DNA of 64,000 bases. It comes from Paraspadella gotoi (taxonomy: Eukaryota; Animalia; Chaetognatha). A program made the translations under genes and the position numbers. Shown one piece after another: positions 13,338 to 24,600 of the stretch (its first letter is position 1; each line of letters opens with the position of its first letter). The DNA lies in NCBI GenBank assembly GCA_051294375.1, contig CM119265.1, positions 22,837,022-22,901,021 of the forward strand. The letters run 5' to 3'. Below the pieces are notes generated by a model. That model did no database searches and was not told the origin of the DNA. It saw only the letters and a list, made by a program, of their open reading frames with translations.

Positions 13338-14131
13338 GTCTGCGGTAATAGAGAACCGAAGTTTTAATAAGAAAAATCTGACGTAAAAAAAAATAGAAGG
13401 AAAGGTAATAAAGATGTATCGGACGGGGAGAGAGAAATGAAATAAAATATTACACGGATCCGATGAAGAGAACGAAGCTTGCGAAAAACGAAGAAACGTT
13501 TGAACGTAGATGTTTATCCGTTGAGCGTAGATGTTTATCTGGAACCATCTGTAGGAAACGTGAATCGATCGATGCGTTTGCGTGAAAACCGCAGAAGGAA
13601 AATAGAAAACAAAAAAACAAAAACAAACGAAGATGTTGTTTCTTTTTTTTAGGTTTTTTTTTTATTGTTTTTGTTGATAAATTGTCGCAATTGAAAAACT
13701 CTTAGATTTTAAGTTGAATAAAAAAAACCTAATCCATTCTGATAAATTGTTGGTGATGTTCACCCCGTCATCGAAGCACCTTTGGTGAAAAATTAGCCCT
13801 TTTCAGTTATAAATCTTTTTTTTTTTCAAAGATTCTACAAAAGAAATTGTCACACTTAATAATTAAAATATCGTAAATCACCTCGAAGACAACGAAAAAA
13901 AAGAGCAACCTCGAGTAGGGCGACAGGATCCGCCAGAAAAAGAAAAAGATCCAATCACGGACTGAACCATAGTTATTAGTTATAGTATGTCACGACTCAA
14001 GTTAATCCCTTTTATGTCTAAACTTCTGTATTATTCGCTTTTTTCCCTTTTATTTATAAAAAGTATATTTTCGTTTTATTGATTTCAAATATTTTCTTAT
14101 CTTTTTCATTTATTTAATGGTAATAATATCC

Positions 14132-14169
<38 letters not shown>

Positions 14170-14296
14170 CGAAATATAGATTCACGAATCCGTGACCAAT
14201 AATCGAGGAACCGGAAAAAATCAAATGGATAAACCAAAATTCCAAGGTGGTCCGTTTCTCCGTCCGTCCGTCCGTCCGTCCGTCCGTTCGTCTGTC
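14132..14296. repeat. (CAGA)n and (TCCG)n tetranucleotide tracts, possibly remnants of DINE/HINE-like elements
   Basis: (CAGA)n at about 14133-14169 and (TCCG)n at about 14259-14286, of the GACA/GACG type also seen in the two elements at 36.1-37.0 kb. Confidence 0.5.
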
Positions 14297-14395
14297 AAGT
14301 TATGATTCATCTTTTAATTTTCTTATCCTTTTTCATTTTATTCTGACGAAGAAGAGGAATTCTTTATGTACGAATTACGGAACGATAGAGAGAGA

Positions 14396-14466
<71 letters not shown>

Positions 14467-17290
14467 GTGAGGGTATAAAGTATTATGCCAGGAAAGAGGA
14501 TAATAAAGAGGTTTTGAAAGATGCTCTCGGTTGTGTTTTATAACAACTTCATCTATAAAAAAAAGTAAAAGAGAAAAAATTTTCGGATAAAAATTCGAAT
14601 CATTTATATTCAGTAAAAACGACAGTTGAAAAGCAGTGAAAAGAAAACAAACTCACGAAACGAGAAAAAATCGTGGAGGGGGGGGGGTTAAATACGACAG
14701 TTTGTTTATCGATTTGAGTTTGATATATATATTTTTGCTTCTAACCGAAGTTAATGTCAACCTTTATTTACGTTTTATATCTTCGCTCTTTAGTCTTATT
14801 TATGTTTAATGTTTAGTTAGGAGCCAGGCTTACCTACTTAAATAACCGAGTTTTAAAAATTTAAACTAAAAAGTTAAACTAATATTAAACCTTTAAATAG
14901 GATGTTGGGAAAAGGTGAGGATCGTCGATGACGTCAGACGAACGCTCACTTTCCCTTTTTATCTGTGACGATTAGTCACTGACTCTATAAGGAATTTTCC
15001 GTGATTTCACTTTTCTTTATACAATTTTTTAGAATTTGGATTTTAAGGGGGGAAAAGCAGCCGTTTACATTTCCTTTATTTACGATAATTGACCATGTTT
15101 TTTTTTTTTACACTTCCGATAGAATTAATCTCTCGTGCATTCTTGACGAGTATTTGATTTTGATGTCTTAAAAGATACGTTATCCTTTTCACGCGTTGCA
15201 CGGAGAAGGCAAGGTAGTAAGATTGGTGATATAGAATTGACAACTTCTAGTACCCTGTGCTTAGCGTATGTCTGTTGTCGAAGAACCTTTTTGCCTAGCT
15301 GTTGCATTAAGCTGTCTGGTCTATGAAATACGAAATCAGACTCGATTGATATGAAAGACTTTTGTACTGTCATATAAATAACTTTCGCAATTTTGATGAT
15401 TTTTTTTTTTTGGAAAGATATGAAAAGGGGAGCAGAATGCAAGGTGAATCGCAAAAAAAAAAAAAAAATAATGAGAACAAAACACTATGCAACTGTAAAT
15501 CATGACTACAATATTAATACAATACGCTATGAATCAAGTGAGGAAGGCAGATTCTGCCAATTAAAATGAGAAAATGCAATTTTTGACCGAAAAGCCGTCG
15601 TACAATTTTTAAATACTAATATTTATTTTTACAATTTTAATACAAAACTGTATTTCAGCATCATGGGTAAACGTGAAGCGTATACAAAAACGAGAATAAC
15701 TTTGTTTAATAGTGTTTAAGGCCAAATTAAACGTAATTTATATACTTTTCTCCACTTTTCTTATCGTTAATATTCATATCTATCAACTATTTCTAATTGT
15801 TATCCCATTTCATGACTGGCATATCTACGTAATGAAAACAAAATTCTAAAGGCTTAGGATTTGTAGCGATACTACAAGGCTCATCGAAACAACAGCGATA
15901 CTACTGGTGTGTACACAGATACTATAGTCAATATGGGCTTTACAGCAATTTTAAAAATTCGAAAATATTTCACGATGCTCAAAGACAAATGAAAGCAATT
16001 AAATTTAAAAAAAAATATGAAAAGTGAGCAAATCTAGTCACTAGGAAACAAGATGTACAAAGTTTTTTTAAGTATTTATATGGTATAATCAAAGTGTATT
16101 GATGCATTAATTGATTTAAACAAAATAATAAAATGTTTTTTAAAAATCTTTTTTGCTACCATAACAGACTGAAAAAAGCCTGAAGTGGGGCCTTTGGGAA
16201 GAGACATTCAATTACTTATCATTCATTGATATTTAGGCCTTCGCCAGTTCGCATGCCTTAATGTGCTCTGAAAAATATAAAGTATGCAATAATATGCAGT
16301 TATTCCAAATTAATTCCTCAGTTCTTTCATTCATGTTTTAATTAATTCTGCACCCACTCATTTATAATTTTAACCATTTATTTATTTATCTTTTTAAAAC
16401 TTTCATGCAAAATTTTACAAGTTCCTTTAAAAAACTACCACACAGAATTATACAAATTTAATATTAATATTGACACTCATTTACCAAAACGATGTCAAAC
16501 AATCTTCTTCATCATTACATCTACTATAACGACTCAACCGTTTAGCCGCTGAGTTCATCAATTCATTTCCGGATGAAAAATTAACCGAAATTTAATGCCC
16601 CCTGAAAAATTCCAAGAGAAGATGGTTTGAACTGAGGCGTCGAAAAAAAGAAGAAAAATCGGTCTATATATCAATATATCATTATCATTATCATTATCAT
16701 AATCATCATTCCAAAATTAGCCTTTTTTTTCGGTTTTCTTTCTTTTGGTTACCAGAGCGTTTGAATCTGGGTCGCGTTAATTGATTCTAACGAGGCTATG
16801 GCGCTACTTTCAATATTCGTGAAAAAAATATCACAAGTGAAATCAAATTCAACGCGTATTAAGTAGATTTTGGAAAAAAGCGGTAAAAAAAAAAACAAAA
16901 GACAAAAGAGGACAACAAAAGAGAAACGACGCAGAAGAGAAAAATGAATTTACTGAGAAAAGAGAGAAAAAAGGGATAGGTCAGGGGGAAGGTGTTACTT
17001 GGAATTCAAGGTTCAGGGTTCACTGGGAAATGTCTGTCGGTTGGGTTGCGAGAGTCTCCTCCGTTTTTCGGCGGGGAAAAGGGGTGCGGGGGGGGTTAGT
17101 TCACCCAAACTGAGGGAATATTTTGTTGGGGGGGGAATAATGGGGTTGACACGGAGTTCAGAGTTTCCGCTTTACATATTGGAGGGAAGGGTCAAAGTTT
17201 TCTAAGATGTTTGCGGATTTCAAGAGTGACGAATTTACACGTCGCGCGCGGATCCAGGGGTCAAAGTCGATCGCGCGAAATAAACGGCGA

Positions 17291-17340
17291 ATGCAGCCGG
17301 ATGCAGCCAGATGTAGCCAGATGCAGCCAGATGTAGCCAT
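17291..17340. repeat. 10-bp tandem repeat ATG(C/T)AGCCAG x5
   Basis: atgcagccgg atgcagccag atgtagccag atgcagccag atgtagccat, read directly. Confidence 0.9.
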
Positions 17341-17602
17341 AATTAGCCACGTTTAATCGGCGCCGGAAAAAAGTAGCGACAAGACTTCATAGTTTCAACG
17401 CTTCCTCGTAAGAGGGAGGCGGAGCTTCAGAGTCGTCGGCACAGGAATAGACTGAAAAGAGAAAGGGAATATTTTGTGATTGATTGATTGATTGATCGAT
17501 TATTGAACGGCAGAGCCTCTGCCAGAGGGAAAGGTTAACTCAGTTTGGTACGTATAGATTAGATTTTTTTTTATAAATAAGTTTATAAGTTTATAAATAA
17601 GT

Positions 17603-20239
17603 TTAGAGCTGATGTCTTATTCCTGGCACGATTATATTCGCACCGATTTCGGGCGATTTCTTCTCAGGCACGACGATATTCCAACCAACGCCGATGGGAT
17701 GCAGTGCACTGCTGTTGTCGACTGACTTCTCTTCCTCTTTCCCTTTTGTTTCGCTCGAATTGCACAGAGTATTTTTTAAGGAATCGGCTGAAAAAAAAAA
17801 AGAACACAAAAAAATCTAAAAATTCGGCAGCTGCCATTGATGATTTTTTTTTTTTTTGATTTTCCATCGGAAAAATAAGGAAAAAAAATAATAAAGAAGA
17901 AAGAAAAGAATCCGGGTCTTTCATTTGATCAGTTGTTGTTGTTGTTGTTGTTGTTTTGACCGCTACAATTTAGTATTTTAATTTGGCATGGCGGAAAATG
18001 AAAAGGAAAAAAAATAATATATAAACCCCAAAATTTATGGGAGGGGGGTCAACAGGTCTGAACGGGGGGGGCGGGGTGGGGGAGGGAATTAACCATTTTC
18101 ATTGTCCAACTCTCATTTCGCCGCAGAGACATAGAATAATTTTGATAAACAATCAATTTAAATTCGACTTCATATCAACTCACCGAGAGCTATTTCAGAT
18201 CCTTTTTCCCGGTCGCTAGGCAACCCTAAATCCCTCGGGCTGAACTTTGACGCTAAATCCGGTTTCAAAATGGCGGAGGATTCAACCGACTTCAAATTGC
18301 GGATTATTTCCGGTTCCGTCGTTGGATCTGGAATGGAATTTGTGGGGGGGGGGCGGTGGCATGATTGAAAAGATGTTTCAAAGATAAAAAAAATTGAAAG
18401 TAAAATTGCAGGGGCGTAATGAAAAATTTAGTGAGCATAACTCCAACAAGATCACTATATCAGTATCATAATAAAGGGGTAAATGTAACAAATAGTTACA
18501 GAAATTCTTTTTATTCTTCGTATATCCGGAGTTAACCATTATTTCTACATCATGTATTACCACAATCTACACATCCAAATTATCCAAAGCCGATATTTCT
18601 ATTTTGTTCGCCCTTTTCGCACAATCGAATTTTAAATAAAAAAAAACCAAAACAAAAAAACAAAAAAAAAAACAAAAAAAAACAAAACCCCAAAAACACG
18701 GAAATGTCCTCAATTCTCAATCCTCATTGGTCGATTGTTGTGGGAGAATCTTCCACCAATCGTATTCAAATAAACTCGAGAGATTTCCTTATTTGGATCT
18801 TTGCCTCTCGTTGAAGATATTAGATATTAGATATTAGGACGTGCGGCTTGAGGCTAGAACCTATAGCGCGTAAATTGAATAAGCTCATTCATTCAGCGCA
18901 GTTGCTCAAAAAAAAAAAAAAAAATAAAAAAAATAAATAAAAGAACAACCATTTCGCTTTCAACAGTGCCCAATTAAATCACCGTGGCTTTTATTTTGCT
19001 ACACTGTTTTTACAGCCGAATTGCAAATTACCCCTAAATCGCCACTGTGGCTACTTTAAAAAAGTGACCAGAGACACAGAAAAAAAAAGGGAGAAAAAAT
19101 AACAAAGGTCTCACCTTCTTTGAGGTCATCGCCCCTGGAGGACGTCGAGTCACTAACTTCCTTGAACGTCGTCTTCGTAATCGTCGTCGTCGTCGTCTTT
19201 TTCGTCGTCGTCGCCTCCGCCTCCGACGCGAAGGTGGAAACGCCAGGGGGCAGCGGGAGCAGCGGCGGAGCGGAAGGAACGAGCGGGAGCGGCGGGGTGG
19301 GTTCGCCGAGAGATGAGGTAAGGTGCGGACTGGCCTGGGGTTTCCTCCCGCCTTTCAGGAGAGGGTAATGTCCTGAAAAGAAAAAAAATTTGTGGCGAAT
19401 CGTAGTAAAATTCGAATCCTGAAAGATCGGGTCAATATTTACAATTCATCTTTGTTGACGTTATTTGACCAGTCTTTTCACAGTTCTAGACGCTTTCTCA
19501 TGTCTTTCTTTGAGCTGAAAACATCGTAACTCGTTATTCGATCATAATCGTTTCACAGGAAAAGATCGGCCGTCAGGAACCGTTTTTTTTTTTACGGATT
19601 CCAAGGATTTTTGTCACGAATTTATTGTACTGTGGATGCTGCTATAGTACGATATTTATTTAGACATTTGTTTACTTTTACTGGAATAAACTTATTCGTC
19701 ATTTATGTTTCTATGAGATTTAGAAATGTTTGCTCCATGTAAAATCCAGTTCTTCCGAACGCGAGACTCTCGCACGTTTAGAAAATAATAAAACTTTTCT
19801 ACCCATCCAGTTTAACATGGGCCAACTTAGCTTAGCTTAACTGAGAGCTGAGAGCTAAGTACTCGCTTACCAGCCGTGGGTGCCTACTTTAATCCCCTCA
19901 CGGTCACGCTGATTTAGTGCGATAGTTCTCGTGCAAGTACTTCAGTGACATTGGGTTGTCACAGCAGGTCCAAAGCCCCGATCGCCAGCAGTTGGAAGAA
20001 TCCTCACTCCCCGACCATCACACACGACCCCCTTGTTCCCATACCTCACCATTTTTTGGTTGGAATCGAATTTAATGAATTCTTTGTTTTCCGCGGATCT
20101 TAAATGTCTTCTTTAAAACGTCTCAATTCGGGAGATTTGAAAGCGTCTGTCTATTCCTCTGCCTCTATGTCAGTATGTCACTGTGTTTGTCAGTCAGTGT
20201 GTCTGCTTGTTTTTCTGTCTGTCTCCGTAAGTTTCCGTT

Positions 20240-20327
<88 letters not shown>

Positions 20328-21622
20328 GCTCTTCTTCTCCCACTCCCCCCTCGTAACCTCCAACCCCCCTTCCTCATCTCTCCCACTGTCAAAGTGTCGG
20401 CGATATTCGCCAGGTCAACTTTTGACAGATCTGCAGTTGCAGCCTTCGTTGGGGCCGCAGCGTCGAGAGGGCAGCAGGAGCAGTTGAGGACGCGGCCGCG
20501 GTTGCAGTAGAAAAGCCGTTCGGGCTGCGGGGAGGGGGGGGGCCGGGGAAGGTGGGGGGGGGAAGAAAAAGATTTAAAGTGGAACGAATCGATCGGCGCT
20601 CAAGATATTTTTTTTGGCGTTGGTCTCAGGTGATGTAGGAATTAAATTAAGGGGGGGAACCGATAACGAAGATTAACCTAGACCATTGAGGAACATACGA
20701 AACAACTGGACGTACTTTGTCTAACGTCTAGTTGGACTCGCAATTCGGATTGAGAAGCAATATTCGATCGTTTGACGATAAGCGTCCAACGGATTGCAAT
20801 CTCCCATTCACTCGGTTATTTCCGGTTCGTTTTCGCGCTTCCGCGGAAATTCTTTTGTCTCATCCATCTCGATCACCCCATTTTCCTTTTTTTTCCCTTT
20901 GTTGTTTCTTTTCTTTTCTTCGTTTTTCTTTCTCTTGGCCTTTGTATATTCCTTACACTATTTCCTTTTCTTTTTTTAAATCTTTTTTTCCTCTTCTTTT
21001 GTCCATTTTTTGGACCCCAACATTCGTCCTCTTCTCTCCATTGTCGCAGAATCTCGCCTCATTTGCTCACCGAGTGTTTCTTTTCTTTTTTCTATTGTTT
21101 CCTTTCCTCCCTTTTATTTCCTCCCTTTCCTCCCTTTCCTTTTCTACCTTTCCCTTCCCTTTCTATTCCTCTCTTTCCTTTCCTCCCTTTCTTCCATTTC
21201 CTCCCTTTCCTATCTTTCCTCCATTTCCTTTCCTCCCTTTCTTCCCTTTCCTCCCTTTGCTATCTTTCCTCCCTTTCTTTTTTATATTGTTTCCTTTCCT
21301 CCCTTTTTTTCCTCTCTTTCCTCCCTTTCCTTTTCTCCATTTCCCTTTCCTTTCCTTTCCTTTCCTCCCTTTCCTATCTTTCCTCCATTTCCTTTCCTAC
21401 CTTTCTTCCCTTCCCTTTCCTCCCTTACCTCCCTTTTCTTTCCTCCCTTTTCTTCCCTCCCTTTCCTTTTCTACCGACGCAGTTAATCTTCACTTTTTCT
21501 CCTCATTTCTCTTCGGTTTCTTACTTTTTTTCGGCCCGCTAAACCGATTCCCTTCTGTTTTTCCATTCGCTCATGAAAAAAAAAAAAGAGTCGAACGATA
21601 AAAGAATCGCGAGAGAGAGACG

Positions 21623-21686
<64 letters not shown>

Positions 21687-24600
21687 AAGAGAGAGAGAGA
21701 GAAACGACGAAGAATTAAAGTTAATTATGGTTTGTTTTTAACTGAAATACCTTTTTTTTCCTCAAAAAAGCACTCGTCGGTAAAAAAAAAAAATCCGTGT
21801 TTAATTAAAAGCAAATTAGGCTTTTGAGATATATCAAGTATAATTGTCTCGCTCGTAATTAAATGGCGTCGTCTTGAAATTTATGAACGAAATTATTACA
21901 TACCAGTAAAAACCTTTTAGATATTTCAGCGAGCGATTTTCCCATTTTTAGAGAGTGACTCAAATTAGCGAGCAATACACGTGTTTTCAGAGTGCGAGCT
22001 TACCTTTTTTTAGCCTAAAAAATTATTGAGCGCTTCAAATTAGCGAGCTCCGCAGACACGCCCTTTCATCGACCGGATTACTGTTTTTATCAAGCGACTC
22101 AATTTAGCAGAGCAAGTCACTTTTTTTTCAGCGAGAGAGCATTCCTTTTTTAGCGAGCGAGCTTACCTTTTTTAGCGAGCGAGCTTTCCTTTTTTAGCGA
22201 GCGAGCTTAGCTTTTTTAGCGAGCGAGCTTAGCTTTTTTAGCGAGCGAGCTTACCTTTTTTAGCGAGCGAGCTTACCTTTTTTAGCGAGCGAGCTTACCT
22301 TTTTTAAGCGAGCGAGCTTACCTTTTTTAGCGAGCGCCCCCTCGGAATTTCTGACGAATCCGACGCCAAATTCTAGATCCAATATTCGACAGGCTTCGCA
22401 GTTGCAGCCTTTCAATGGACCGCATATCCCATCGCAACATTTGCAGTTGAGAACGGTCTCACCGCAATGGAATCTGGAGAAAGTGGAGACAATCGAGTCA
22501 CAGACATTTCTTCATACAACTAATAGGAAAATTAATCTATTCATTGAATACTACTTATACTGGTCTCCGCTGGCAATTATTATCTCCCACTCCCATGAAT
22601 AGACATATGACATTGTGCCTCCAGACTTTGGACAGGGTGTGATGATTTAAAACTTACATTCTTCTTACTGGAATCGTTATTAATGAAAAATGCAATAAAA
22701 GTAAGTGGATTCGTTGGGTTCGTCGTCGTCGTAGTTTTTTCCTCATTTCGCATCAGAAGCCATTCCCTCATTCCGGTCAAGTGTCTGACATCTTGACCTT
22801 ATAAGTTATGAATGTGATCATAATGCACCTTTCACACGGTGAATTTATTTAGTCTCTGCTTTTCTTTAAAAGGACAAAAAAGGAATTGAAGGTTTGGTTG
22901 TTAATGTCATGAATTCAAATTTCATAACAGCTAAATAAAAACTACGTAGTATAAACAAACGAATCACCGAATGACAGAATGACAGAATTGCAGAATGAAA
23001 ATCCTTCGCTTTGTGATCGGTTGGTGAAAGAGGTCATTGACGAGGTAACGTAGAAATGGTTAGTAAAGAACGGGAGCTGAGGTGAAAAGGCGAGGCGCTG
23101 GAAACAACAATACGAGGTCAATGATGACGGCGACGACAGCCGAACTTTGATGACGATACGACGACGACGACGACGACGACATTTCAGGATGACGGCGACG
23201 ACGATGACGACAATAACGATACGGACGACGATACACCCGTGCCGATAACGACATTTTTACGTTTATTGGAGATGACAAAACGAGAATAACGACGACAACC
23301 GACCGACAACCAGAGTCAATTGACTCGGAAAACAAATTTCGGGCAACGAAGCGACGAATCTGAAGCGAATCGCAATTTTGAGCTTCAAAGGGCAGAAAGT
23401 CGATATCTCGATTTGGCCGACGACGACGACGACGACGAGTCACGCAGACCGAACGACCTACTTTTTTTTTGACCAGCTCCAGTCCCAGGCTTCCATGGAG
23501 AACTATCCGTCCTTTCTCTCACTCAATTTGCTCTCGTTTCTCTCGGCCAGTTGGCGGTCATTTCTTTTGCCCAAAAAGACCTCGTTTCTTTGGGCTAGTT
23601 GGCGGTCATTTCTTTTTGTCCAATTAGCCAGCGTTTCTTTGGCTCAGTTTGTAAAAGTTTTCTTCTACTCAAAAATACCTCGTTTTTTTTAAATTTGTGC
23701 CCAAATAAAATTCTTTAGCTTTCGTTTCACCGGGATATCGTGTGGTTACGCAATTAGCATTTATTTCTTATATTTCCCAATCAGAGTTCGTGCTTTTTCA
23801 AATGGAACCCGAATTGTCTTTCGGTGGTTTTTTGGGGGAGCAATTTAGTGCCTTTACGTACTAGCTACTAGGTCACCCAACATTTATGACTTATGAGCCA
23901 TTTTAATTAATTGCTACCTGTTTTTATTCCGCTATTCGGCGAATATAAAATTAAAAAATGGCTTAGAATTAGATTCATTTCTCTCACTCGATTTCCTCCG
24001 TCATCGAATGCGTTTCTCGTTCCATCGGTCATTCCTCTCCTTTTCGTCTCCTCACACTAGTTTAAAAAAAAAACAAACAGAAAAAAATTAAAGAAAAAAA
24101 AGTTTTTCTGTTCTTTTTTTTTAACAAATATTTTATTTATCTTTTCCGCTTGAGCTCTCACCCCCCCGCTCCCGCCCCCTCCTTAAGAAAACCCCATCTC
24201 AAACATTTCCAATCGACCCCAGGGTCGTTTACCCAAAGAAAAAGTAGTATCAGTTTGGCAAGGACTTCCAGGGCGAGCCATGTTGGCAGAGAACTTAAGC
24301 GGGGGGGGGGGTGGAAGACGTAGAGGGGTCGGTGGGGTAAACCTTTCCCCCCACCTTTTCCTCGTTCGAGAGAGTGGGGCTGAATTTAAATCCTCCGGAT
24401 CATCGGCAGACGTCGCAGCGTTGGGAGGGGGTGTTGGACAAATTTCCCCCTTCAAAAAAAAGTTCGTAGACCAGACTCGAATTTTAATTACGACATTGAC
24501 ACGAAAAGAGAATTATAATTACACAATTGTATTAAATGAGATAGTTTTATAGTGATGTAATACGATAGTATAATTGAATATTAAGACTTTAGTGGGATGA

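Noticed and set aside
16019-16040. Minus-strand TGACTAGATTTGCTCAC resembling the miR-279 family 5' end
   Set aside because: No complementary arm nearby to form a pre-miRNA hairpin; the match is limited to the seed region.
22137-22335. Regular 22-bp repeat considered as a CRISPR array
   Set aside because: The units are contiguous with no spacers, the context is eukaryotic and there are no cas genes.
23060-23443. Intronic GC-rich (GAC)n block as an extra exon of the membrane-protein gene
   Set aside because: Exons 6 and 7 already join in phase across the Cys-module motif, and the block translates to low-complexity sequence.
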